DNA of 32,000 nucleotides from positions 5,460,001 to 5,492,000 of the forward strand of contig NZ_RSDW01000001.1 of assembly GCF_003945235.1 (NCBI RefSeq). Direction: 5' to 3'. The stretch is from Edaphobacter aggregans. GTDB lineage: Bacteria; Acidobacteriota; Terriglobia; Terriglobales; Acidobacteriaceae. Shown here in pieces: positions 7,904-16,023 of this stretch. The stretch's first letter is position 1, and every line of letters begins with the position of its first letter. Made by a program: the position numbers and the translations under genes. The notes beneath the pieces were generated by a model that saw only the letters and a list, made by a program, of their open reading frames with translations, searched no databases and was not told the DNA's origin.

Positions 7904-9361
7904 TTACCCGGGTTCGTCATACACACCGATTTCGGCGATGTGCGGCATTCGCTGGCTGCTATCGAACAGCAGCCGCACCTTCCGTGATGATACGTGCGGT
8001 ATGCGATGGATTGTGGTTCGCATCGGTGTTTCACCCCCGGTCAATCTAACCCAATTCTCGCCATTCCAATACTCAAAGCGATAATTCCGAATGCGGCTAG
8101 CCGAGTAGTCACCCCACTGACCCACGGGCTCCACGAGCGAGACAGTGTTGAAGCTCTCCCGCTTTTTCAAATCCACTTCCAACCAGCCCGAGGTTTGTGC
8201 CTCATCCAAGTACCAGCTCGATCGGAAGTCGCCATCGTTCGCTAGATCCGGTCCTACGGTCTCGGGGTAGGAGCTGGCATGAATGGGCTTGCCCGTCGCT
8301 AGATTCCTAGTCGTGATCACGACATGCTCGCTGAGCTTTGCCATGGGTCCGGTATGTCTCCATGCCTTGCCAATCTCTTCCAAACGACTCACGACGTTCG
8401 GTGAAAGGCGCCCTTCACGCGTCGGAGGAGTATTCAAAATCAGGTTGCATTGTCTGCGATTCAGCGGCTCAAGCCATTCATCCACAATGGTCGTCACCGC
8501 CTTGAGATGTCCATCAGCGTCTCGCTGCTTCCAGAACCATCCATCGGTGAGGGTCACACAAGAAAGGGCCGGCACGTCGCTACCCTCTGGGACCTTCTGC
8601 CCTGCATTCTGCTCAAAGGCCTTCACATCAGAGTAGTAGAGTCCACCGGCAGGATATTGACTGGCATTGAGGTCGCAGATCAAGCAGTTGGGCTGCAAGT
8701 TCTTGATATGCTCATAAATCTCACGGAACGGCACCTCTTCATATGTGATACGGCTCCACGGAGCATCCCAGCCATCGGTGATGAGAATGTCGACCTCCCC
8801 ATAGCCGCTGAACAGCTCCGTCAATTGATCTTTAATGAGCTGAATCTTAGCCGGTGTTACGTTGAAATGGCGGACGTCATCGCGCAACGACAGGATCGAA
8901 TAATAGAGACCCACCCGCAGTCCGGCCTTGCGGAACGAGTTCACGTAGGCGCGTACAACATCGATAGAACCCGATGTCTTCCCCACGCTCGCAGCTGCCG
9001 TCTTTGTCGGCCAGATGCAAAAGCCATCATGATGCCGGGTCGTAAGACAACCCCAGGTCATGTTGGCTGACCGCGCTGCCGCGGCCCACTGATCCGTATT
9101 GAGGGCGGTAGGATGAAACAGATCGGGAGACGACGCGGGATCACCCCACTCGCGATCCTGAAATGTTGCCATGTTGAAGTGCAGAAACATGCCGAAACGC
9201 AAATCCACAAACCGTTGCTGCAATTCTAGGAGCTGCCGTCCGCGGCGCGGAGTCGTGTAGCGTGTTTCGCTTTGTGCGGCAGAGGCGCGTCGATGACCAA
9301 ACAGCATCGACGCAGTTGCAGTTTTGCCAACCAATTGGAGGAGCTCTCTTCTTGTCGTCAT
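7904..9361 (-). CDS. GH29 alpha-L-fucosidase with C-terminal F5/8 type C (discoidin/CBM32-like) domain, Tat signal
   Basis: The ORF-track start 9376 is a GTG; ATG 9361 has GGAAGGA upstream. It starts MTTRRELLQLVGKTATASMLF. Motifs RFGMFLHFN and TTRHHDGFCIWPT are GH29-like. The C-terminus reads DGDFRSSWYLDEAQTSGWLEVDL...IAEIGVYDEP. Confidence 0.85.
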   Translation of the reverse strand: MTTRRELLQLVGKTATASMLFGHRRASAAQSETRYTTPRRGRQLLELQQRFVDLRFGMFLHFNMATFQDREWGDPASSPDLFHPTALNTDQWAAAARSANMTWGCLTTRHHDGFCIWPTKTAAASVGKTSGSIDVVRAYVNSFRKAGLRVGLYYSILSLRDDVRHFNVTPAKIQLIKDQLTELFSGYGEVDILITDGWDAPWSRITYEEVPFREIYEHIKNLQPNCLICDLNASQYPAGGLYYSDVKAFEQNAGQKVPEGSDVPALSCVTLTDGWFWKQRDADGHLKAVTTIVDEWLEPLNRRQCNLILNTPPTREGRLSPNVVSRLEEIGKAWRHTGPMAKLSEHVVITTRNLATGKPIHASSYPETVGPDLANDGDFRSSWYLDEAQTSGWLEVDLKKRESFNTVSLVEPVGQWGDYSASRIRNYRFEYWNGENWVRLTGGETPMRTTIHRIPHVSSRKVRLLFDSSQRMPHIAEIGVYDEPG

Positions 9362-9441
9362 CTTCAATCCTTCCACTTGGACAGGATCCGTCTAGTTTCC
9401 AGACTGCTCAAGCCATGGCTCCGATTGGAGGAAATTTGTGC

Positions 9442-10815
9442 CTAGTCATCCAGGTCGTCGATCCGGCGTTTCGCTGACGAAAGATGACGACCTTCATGCA
9501 TTGCCTCCGGCTTCGAGCGCTCGTTCCAGACGATGCCATCGGGGAAGCTGTAACGCTGGAGTGATTCGGCATGGATCTCACTGCCATAGCCCGGGGTCTG
9601 CGGCAGCATGTAGTGGCCGCGGTTAATCGTAACCGGTGCGACGAAGTGTTCGTGGAGGTGATCGACGTATTCGATGACGCGATCTTTCATGGTCGCTGAG
9701 ATGCTGAGGAAGTCGAAGATGGAAAGATGCTGCACATACTCGCACAAGCCGACGCCGCCGGCGTGCGGGCAGACCGGAACGCCGAACTTTGCGGCCATCA
9801 GCATGATGGAGAGGTTTTCGTTGATGCTGGCGACTCGGCAGCTATCGATCTGGCAAACATCGATAGCTCCGGCCTGAAAGAGTTGCTTGAACATGACACT
9901 GTTGTGACAGTGTTCGCCGGTGGCAATACGTGTGGGCGCGGCTTCGCGGCGAATGCGGGCGTGACCGAGGATATCGTCGGGGCTGGTAGGCTCTTCCATC
10001 CACCAGGGCTGCAACTCGGCCAGTTGACGAGTGCGGGCGATGGCTTCGGTGACTCCCCACTTCTGATTGGCGTCGACCATGATGCGGTTGAGGGGGCCGA
10101 TGGCGTCGCGCATGATGCGACCGCGACGGAGGTCGTCTTCGGCATCGCCGCCGACCTTGAGCTTGAAATGTGTCCACCCGTCGGCCAGTCCTTCCTCGCA
10201 GAGGCCGCGAATCTTGTCTTCGCTGTAACCGAACCAACCTGCGGAGGTGATGTAAGCAGGATAGCCGGTGCGTTCGAGCTGGACGAGGCGGGCATCTTTG
10301 CCAGACTGCGCACGGCGGAGGATGGTGAGAGCTTCATCAGGAGAGAGCGCGTCGGCGATATAGCGAAAGTCGATAAGGGAGACGATCTGCTCGGGTGTCA
10401 TATCGGCGAGCAGACGCCAGACGGGTTTGCCTTCGGCCTTGGCGTAGAGGTCCCAGACAGCGTTGAGCAGAGCGGCACAGGCCAGGTGGATGACGCCTTT
10501 TTCGGGGCCGAGCCAACGGAACTGCGTGTCACCGGTGACCTGCAGATAGAAGGCCTTGAGGTCGGAGACGATGGAGTCGAGCGCGCGGCCTTCTACGTTG
10601 GTGGCAAGGTATTTGAGAGCACTGACGACGAGGTCTGTGCCGCGGCCGAGGGTAAAGGTGAGGCCGTGACCGGAGAGGCCGCAGTTGGTTTCGAGGATGC
10701 AGTAGGCGGCCGAATAGTCGGGATCCTTGTTGACGGCGTCGGAGCCGATGCTTTCGCGTGAAGTAGGAAAGCGAAGATCGATGACGCGAACTTTATCGAT
10801 AGTAATAGGTGTCAC
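9442..10815 (-). CDS. fucD: L-fuconate dehydratase (enolase superfamily, mandelate racemase subgroup)
   Basis: The sequence VTPITIDKVRVIDLRFPTSRESIGSDAVNKDPDYSAAYCILE...GHGLTFTLGRG...TQFRWLGPEKGVIHLA...TPEQIVSLIDFRYI closely matches what I recall of Xanthomonas FucD. The likely start is GTG 10815, with GAAGGGG upstream. The upstream 58 codons of the track ORF cover the AT-rich promoter region. Confidence 0.85.
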   Translation of the reverse strand: MTPITIDKVRVIDLRFPTSRESIGSDAVNKDPDYSAAYCILETNCGLSGHGLTFTLGRGTDLVVSALKYLATNVEGRALDSIVSDLKAFYLQVTGDTQFRWLGPEKGVIHLACAALLNAVWDLYAKAEGKPVWRLLADMTPEQIVSLIDFRYIADALSPDEALTILRRAQSGKDARLVQLERTGYPAYITSAGWFGYSEDKIRGLCEEGLADGWTHFKLKVGGDAEDDLRRGRIMRDAIGPLNRIMVDANQKWGVTEAIARTRQLAELQPWWMEEPTSPDDILGHARIRREAAPTRIATGEHCHNSVMFKQLFQAGAIDVCQIDSCRVASINENLSIMLMAAKFGVPVCPHAGGVGLCEYVQHLSIFDFLSISATMKDRVIEYVDHLHEHFVAPVTINRGHYMLPQTPGYGSEIHAESLQRYSFPDGIVWNERSKPEAMHEGRHLSSAKRRIDDLDD

Positions 10816-11050
10816 GAGCGCCCCTTCATAAGAGTTCAGCGATAGTGAGACCCAGAGACACTGCCGCTGGTGGAACTGGGTAAGGCAGAGCTGATCCCGA
10901 GGTCTGTCTAAGATCTCGACACTATTCACAGAACATGATTGGTAATACTGATTACAATCATTATTAGTGATCGATACACACAATACCATGCGCCACTATG
11001 ATCGCGCAAAATTGGGTGGAGATATCCGAAGAATGGCCGTAATGTAGCCA
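10757..11050. repeat. Copy 1 of a duplicated module: fucD 5' end plus bidirectional promoter region plus about 50 nt of plus-strand leader
   Basis: It aligns by eye with 26222-26445. Examples: GTAGGAAAGCGAAGATCGATGACGCGAACTTTATCGAT vs GTAGGAAAGCGAAGATTGATGACGCGAACTTTATTGAT, and GCGCCACTATGATCGCGCAAAATTGGGTGGAGATATCCGAAGAATGG vs GCGCCACTATGATGGCGCAAGATTGGGGTGAGATATTCGAAGAATGG. Copy 1 has about 70 extra nt internally. Confidence 0.8.
10957..11002 (+). promoter_or_regulatory. Orphan promoter-like element (ATCAT-TATTA-GTGAT, GATACA-18 nt-TATGAT) with no gene directly downstream
   Basis: It is the homologue of the 26356-26399 promoter within the duplicated module. The -35 is degenerate (GATACA, 10973-10978) and TATGAT is at 10997-11002. 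There is no ORF before the next promoter at 11228. Confidence 0.3.
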
Positions 11051-11227
11051 ATCAATCAGACTGTGGACTCGAACTCGTGCGGAGTCTTCATAGCCCAAAT
11101 TGAATCAATAAGATACATCGATACTTGATCGCTTCAAAGACATAGATCTCAATCTCTGCTTGTAGATGAATAGATTTAATAATCATTTATTATGAGCGGA
11201 AATGTAATTAAATATCTTTAATTATGC

Positions 11228-11257
11228 TTGACATAGATCATTTCGCTTGCGTAGTGT
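11228..11257 (+). promoter_or_regulatory. Promoter of the TBDR relic / GH95-like gene (TTGACA-18 nt-TAGTGT)
   Basis: TTGACA is at 11228-11233, the spacer TAGATCATTTCGCTTGCG follows, and TAGTGT is at 11252-11257. An ATCAT-TTATT-ATGAG palindrome lies at 11182-11196, displaced about 31 nt upstream compared with the intact TBDR promoters. Confidence 0.35.
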
Positions 11258-11294
11258 TCCGGCCAACAAAGAAACCACGATGGAGGACAGCGTA

Positions 11295-11567
11295 ATGTAC
11301 GAAACTTCTCGGGGAGCCAAGGTGCGTGATATGCGGTGGACGAACTGCCAAGTATTTGCTCTGTGGCAAGTATGTATTTTGAGTGCCATCCTACTGCTAT
11401 CCGGCAGAGGGCTCGCACAGCTATCGACGGCCTCGCCGAGCGCAGCTGTCCGGGATTCGAGCGGTGCGGTGGTTCCCAGCGCAAAGGTTGTGCTGAGGAG
11501 CGTGGCTACAGCTGTCGAGAACACCACCAAATCCAATGGTTTGGGCACCTATCTTTTTGACAGGTAG
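11295..11567 (+). pseudogene. 5' fragment (90 codons) of a TonB-dependent receptor gene, paralog of the 19632-23135 gene
   Basis: The fragment reads MYETSRGAK...ILSAILLLSGRGLAQLSTASPSAAVRDSSGAVVPSAKVVLRSVATAVENTTKSNGLGTYLF. The intact paralog reads MYKAARSFK...LLSAILLLSGTGLAQLSTASLSGAVRDSSGAVVPSAKIVLRNVATAVEHSTTSNGAGAYLF. Homology stops at about 11557 and a stop codon lies at 11565-11567. Its leader lacks the central ~78 nt of the conserved TBDR leader. Confidence 0.8.
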
Positions 11568-11682
11568 CGCGGAGTCAGAATCGGAGCCATCCCTGCGGAA
11601 CCGGTTCTCGCATCGCAGGAACAAAACCGCCGCCCCCCAGGCTCACACCATCTGCTTTTGGATCCCCAGGAGGAGTTCGTAT

Positions 11683-14600
11683 ATGTCCCAATGTTTGAAA
11701 CGCAAAGTAATCGAACTGGTCTCTGGAACTGCAGCTTCAACAAATATCCCGACCATGCGCCAGGGGAATCGCGGTCTGTTCCTGGCCCTACGGCTGACCT
11801 TGGCGCTTGTGACGGTCAACACGCAAGCCGCGACGGACCCCATCACGTCAGCCCAGGCACAACGAATTGTTTCTCAATACTCCCCCTCAATCACCACGCC
11901 CGGATCCTGCTGCTCAAGCGAGGCCCCCAGCGGCGGTGCGCTGATGGGCAACGGCAACCTTGGCGTAGTCGTTGTCAACCCAATCAACACCATGACATTC
12001 CTTTTGGGCAAGAATGAGTTCTGGTCGTTCTCCGGTGGACAAGTTGAGCCGATGGCTTCAATGGCCTTGTCCATACCGGGCATGAACGGCGCATCTTTCG
12101 CGATGCAGGAGAACATCTACACTGGCACAGTCACCGGCCAGTTTACCCTCAACGGCAATGAAATCCAGACAAACTCCTGGGTGACGTCCAACGACACCGC
12201 GAACAACTTTTTGTTCACCCAGTTCACTTACTCAGGATCGGGCACACAGGTGGTTACCGTCTCGCTGGCCGCGGGGAACGGCAATACCTATCCATCCAGC
12301 TCGGGGTCATCGGGCAATGTTCTCTACTACAACGTCGCCGCTGACAGCACCTCGACAGTCGGTGGATACAACACGCATCAAGTCAGGATCGCGGTCGGCG
12401 TGGTCGGAGCCACGGGCACCATCAGCGGTAGCACGCTGCAATTCACTCTGTCGCCTGGAACCACGGTTACGCTCGTGAGCAGCATCATGAGCAACTACGA
12501 CAGCTCCAGTTACACCACTCAGTCCATCTCCAACGTGAGCAGCTCGACCGCGTCCTCGATCTCCAGCGAACTCTCTGCGAACGAGGCTTGGTGGGCCAGC
12601 TTCTGGGCTGCCTCCTACGTGGAGTTTGCCAATAACCCGGTTCTGCAAAAGGAGTACTACGGCTCTCTGTATTTGTTGGCGGCCTCTTCCGAGCCGAATA
12701 CTGCTCCTCCGGGATTATGGGGTCCATGGGTAGAGGCGAACCCTGCCTGGGCCGGCGACTACACGACGGACTACAACTTCGAAACTCCGCCTTTGGCCTA
12801 TTTCCCAACGAACCACGTTGCCTTGGCGAATTCTTACGACACGGCTATGGAGACCTGGTTGCCCAATGCCGAGGCCAACGCCACCAGCAACGGATACAGT
12901 GGGGCATACTGGCAGTGCCATTTCGGCCCTCTGCCCAATGGCAGCTACGAGACGGGCTCCGGCGAAGAGAATATCAAGTCCAACGGCGCCTTTCTAGCGA
13001 CGATCATGCTGAATCATTATTACTACACTCTAAGCGCTAGCTATGCGGCTTCTATCTGGCCGACGATTTCAGAGGCAGCGATGTTCTACCAGAATTACCT
13101 CACCTCGAACGGCACCACTTATGACGACGTTAACGACTCGCAGGTTGAGAACGATCCCTATCCCGAAACCAACGGCACAATGTCGCTTGGGTTTATAAGG
13201 AATCTCTTACAGGGCGCTATCAATCTCAGCACCGTGCTAGGTGAGAGCTCCTCGCAAAGAGCCACCTGGCAAAACATCCTGAACAACCTCACCACATTTA
13301 ACGGCGAGACCAGCACTGTTGGAGGCCTGCCATACCCGACAATCACCCGAAATGGACTCCAGGTATTCGCAAATGAGCAAATTGGGGACCAATGGGCAAC
13401 GAATGGAGATGAAGTTTGGGGGATCACAGCCGCGAACGCGGTCGGGCTTGGATCGAGTCCGACGCTACTGACGATAGCGCAGAACACGGTCGCGGACTTG
13501 GTGCCCCCGATTTCCTCTAGCACCCCGCTTTGGGTAATGTGGGCCCCCGCAGCGGCCAGAGTCGGATACAGCCCATCCTCCATTCTTTCGAATCTGACCA
13601 CTCAGGTTAACAATCAAGCCGAGCAGAATCTATATGTGAACATCAACGGCGGCGGGATCGAGAATCAGGCGTTAGTGCCGTCCACTATCTCCGAGATGAT
13701 GATGCAGTCGTTCCAGGGAAACATCATTCTCTTCCCGAACTGGCCTTCGAATACGACTGCCCACTTTGGCGACAATCTGGCCTACGGCAACTTCCTGGTC
13801 TCAAGCGCCATTGTTAATAACGCGGTTCTGTACGCTCGCATCATCAGCCAGGCCGGACAGACCGTCTCGATGACCAATCCGTGGCCGGGCCAGTCGGCGC
13901 AGTTCTATCGCAATGGCACCAATGAAGGCACGCTTTCGGGCACAACCTTCTCAATTCCGACCTCGACCAATGACGTGCTGCTGCTGGCGCCGGCCGGCAC
14001 GAGTTCGGCCGCGATTACCTCGGAGATGGAAGATTCGATTGAGCAGTTAGGAGGCAACGGCGGCCCAGGGTCGGTGCTGCCCTATAACGTCAACGCGATC
14101 TATACCAATGGGACCACCTTCCCAAGCAACGGCGGCGCGGATGGTGTGGGCAACGCCTACTCCGCAACCTTGCTGGGCCCTTCGGTAACGTTTAATGGGA
14201 CCACATTTACTTACGGTCCGTCCAACGCGCCCGACGCGTTCACCAATGTGACAGTAGCATTAAAGCCCGCATCGGTCAGCTCGCTGAATATCCTGGCCTA
14301 CGCAATCTACGGCGATCAGCCCTCGCAGACCTTCCAGATCAATTACACCAACGGCACGTATTCCACAGTCACGCAGAGCATCAGCGACTGGGGCATACCA
14401 GGGAACTATTCGGGTGAGACGAAGGTGGCCACGATGGCATACCGGAATACGTCCAGCGGCGGGGAAAACAGCGGGACGACGACTTACATCTACGCGTATA
14501 CCCTCCCGGTCAACAGCAGTCTGACCGTGGAGAGCATCACCCTCCCGGCCAATAACAATGTCAGGGTGCTTGGGATTCAGGGTGCGGCGACCTCTGGCGA

Positions 14601-15588
14601 GGGTCCCTACGGTGGCACGCCGGCGGCGGTTCCGGGCACGGTGATGGCCGAGAATTACGATACGGGCGGCTCCGGAGTCGGATATTTCGTCAACTCAGTC
14701 AATGGGACCGACAACGGCTATCGTTCCGACGGCGTCGATCTGGAGATGGCAACGTCTCCGGCAACGGGCAATGATCTCGGCTGGACGAGCACCGGACAGT
14801 GGTTCCGCTACACGGTGAACGTGGCCACCGCCGGAACGTACAGTGTCAATTTCTTGGTCGCTGGCGATACCGCGGTCACCGATGCCTTTCATCTGTCGAA
14901 CTCGTCAGGCACAAACCTGACCGGCTCGGTCAATATTCCGAACACGGGCGGCTGGCAAGACTGGACGACGGTGTCGGCAACGGTGACCCTACCGGCGGGT
15001 GTGCAGACGCTGACGCTGAACGTGGACAACGGCGGCTGGAACATCGACTGGATGGCACTTGCCTCAACGGCACTGCCGTATAACGTCAACGCGATCTATA
15101 CCAATGGGACCACCTTCCCAAGCAACGGCGGCGCGGATGGAGTAGGCAACGCCTACTCCGCAACCTTGCTGGGCGCTTCGGTAGCGTTTAACGGGACCAC
15201 ATTTACTTACGGTCCGTCCAACGCGCCCGACGCATTCACCAATGTAACAGTTCCATTAACACCCGGAGTGTTCAGCACCTTGAATATCCTGGCCTACGCA
15301 ATCTACGGCGATCAGCCCTCGCAGACCTTCCAGGTGAATTACACCAACGGCACGCACTCCACCGTCACGCAGAGCATCAGCGACTGGGGCATACCAGGGA
15401 ACTATTCGGGTGAGACGAAGGTGGCCACGATGGCATACCGGAATACGTCCAGCGGCGGGGAAAACAGCGGGACGACGACTTACATCTACGCGTATATCCT
15501 CCCGGTCAACAGCAGTCTGACCGTGGAGAGCATCACCCTCCCGGCCAATAACAATATCAGGGTGCTTGGGATTCAGGACGAGCAATAG
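11683..15588 (+). CDS. Large secreted multidomain glycoside hydrolase: GH95-like N-terminal/catalytic region, then unassigned domain, CBM6-like module, unassigned domain
   Basis: The track ORF starts at 11536 inside the TBDR relic. The preferred start is ATG 11683, with AGGAGG at 11668-11673 and a 9-nt spacer. ATG 11755 (MRQGNRGLFLALRLTLALVTVNTQA, a classic signal) is an alternative. GALMGNGNLGVVVV...LGKNEFWS and LWGPWVEANPAWAGDYTTDYNFETP resemble GH95 N-domain and catalytic-domain motifs as I recall them. The C-terminal organisation is described under the repeat features. Confidence 0.8.
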   Translation: MSQCLKRKVIELVSGTAASTNIPTMRQGNRGLFLALRLTLALVTVNTQAATDPITSAQAQRIVSQYSPSITTPGSCCSSEAPSGGALMGNGNLGVVVVNPINTMTFLLGKNEFWSFSGGQVEPMASMALSIPGMNGASFAMQENIYTGTVTGQFTLNGNEIQTNSWVTSNDTANNFLFTQFTYSGSGTQVVTVSLAAGNGNTYPSSSGSSGNVLYYNVAADSTSTVGGYNTHQVRIAVGVVGATGTISGSTLQFTLSPGTTVTLVSSIMSNYDSSSYTTQSISNVSSSTASSISSELSANEAWWASFWAASYVEFANNPVLQKEYYGSLYLLAASSEPNTAPPGLWGPWVEANPAWAGDYTTDYNFETPPLAYFPTNHVALANSYDTAMETWLPNAEANATSNGYSGAYWQCHFGPLPNGSYETGSGEENIKSNGAFLATIMLNHYYYTLSASYAASIWPTISEAAMFYQNYLTSNGTTYDDVNDSQVENDPYPETNGTMSLGFIRNLLQGAINLSTVLGESSSQRATWQNILNNLTTFNGETSTVGGLPYPTITRNGLQVFANEQIGDQWATNGDEVWGITAANAVGLGSSPTLLTIAQNTVADLVPPISSSTPLWVMWAPAAARVGYSPSSILSNLTTQVNNQAEQNLYVNINGGGIENQALVPSTISEMMMQSFQGNIILFPNWPSNTTAHFGDNLAYGNFLVSSAIVNNAVLYARIISQAGQTVSMTNPWPGQSAQFYRNGTNEGTLSGTTFSIPTSTNDVLLLAPAGTSSAAITSEMEDSIEQLGGNGGPGSVLPYNVNAIYTNGTTFPSNGGADGVGNAYSATLLGPSVTFNGTTFTYGPSNAPDAFTNVTVALKPASVSSLNILAYAIYGDQPSQTFQINYTNGTYSTVTQSISDWGIPGNYSGETKVATMAYRNTSSGGENSGTTTYIYAYTLPVNSSLTVESITLPANNNVRVLGIQGAATSGEGPYGGTPAAVPGTVMAENYDTGGSGVGYFVNSVNGTDNGYRSDGVDLEMATSPATGNDLGWTSTGQWFRYTVNVATAGTYSVNFLVAGDTAVTDAFHLSNSSGTNLTGSVNIPNTGGWQDWTTVSATVTLPAGVQTLTLNVDNGGWNIDWMALASTALPYNVNAIYTNGTTFPSNGGADGVGNAYSATLLGASVAFNGTTFTYGPSNAPDAFTNVTVPLTPGVFSTLNILAYAIYGDQPSQTFQVNYTNGTHSTVTQSISDWGIPGNYSGETKVATMAYRNTSSGGENSGTTTYIYAYILPVNSSLTVESITLPANNNIRVLGIQDEQ
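14077..14581 (+). repeat. Intragenic direct repeat A (505 bp) encoding an unassigned ~168-aa domain
   Basis: By eye it is about 95 percent identical at nucleotide level to 15073-15577, an offset of 996 bp (332 codons). It encodes LPYNVNAIYTNGTTFPSNGGADGVGNAYSATLLG...FNGTTFTYGPSNAPDAF...LNILAYAIYGDQPSQTFQINYTNGTYSTVTQSISDWG...LTVESITLPANNNVRVLGIQ. Confidence 0.95.
14582..15072 (+). other. CBM6/CBM35-like carbohydrate-binding module coding segment between the two repeats
   Basis: The segment reads GTVMAENYDTGGSGVGYF...GYRSDGVDLE...DLGWTSTGQWFRYTVNVATAGTYSVNFLVAG...IPNTGGWQDWTTVSATVTLPAGVQTLTLNVDNGGWNIDWMAL. This follows the pattern I associate with CBM6-type modules. Confidence 0.6.
15073..15577 (+). 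repeat. Intragenic direct repeat B (505 bp), second copy of the unassigned domain
   Basis: See repeat A. Differences cluster in one short stretch (VALKPASVSSLN vs VPLTPGVFSTLN). The rest is nearly identical, with both synonymous and nonsynonymous changes. Confidence 0.95.
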
Positions 15589-15637
15589 ATCAACTGTAGG
15601 TGAAGGGCAACCTTTGCCGTAACCAGAAAGATGGAAA

Positions 15638-15669
15638 AGCGGGAAGCGCGGTTGGCTTTCCGCTCTTTC
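15638..15669 (+). terminator. Possible terminator hairpin after the GH95-like gene
   Basis: AGCGGGAAGC (15638-15647) pairs with GCTTTCCGCT (15655-15664) over 10 bp with one G-U pair and a 7-nt loop, followed by CTTTC. The U tract is weak. Confidence 0.35.
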
Positions 15670-16023
15670 ACGTGCGCGCTCCGTAAATCGTTGCGATCAA
15701 GGCGACCAGTTTCGGGACTGGATCAGAGTTGGGGCGGTCACACTCCGGTAGCGGAGGAGGGGTGGGCACGAAAGCTCGGATGCCCCTCGCGAAATATTGC
15801 GTCGAGTCGGTTTGACGAGGACAGCGCAGCGCACTTGCAACAGGAGATGAACACCTTCAGAAGACCAGCGCATTGGCTGATGGTTGCCCATCCGTTGATT
15901 GACCAGATGGCTCATTGCGGATTCGGCTGGAACGCTCGAGATCCTCAGCTCGTGGCGGCGGTCACGAGCGTAGCGATCGCCGCGGGTTCGAGCACCGTCG
16001 CTCCCGCGTCGCGGCTGCCGTTC

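Noticed and set aside
8450-10761. Long antisense ORFs 8450-9070 plus (206 aa), 9727-10761 plus (344 aa) and 9798-10337 minus
   Set aside because: They are opposite or out of frame to the well-supported GH29 and fucD genes. The 344-aa ORF is Gly/Ala/Asp-rich mirror-frame sequence typical of antisense enolase-superfamily genes.
14077-15577. Regularly spaced repeats considered as a CRISPR-like or tandem array
   Set aside because: There are only two copies of 505 bp, in frame inside a long ORF, encoding a protein domain. This is domain duplication, not an array.
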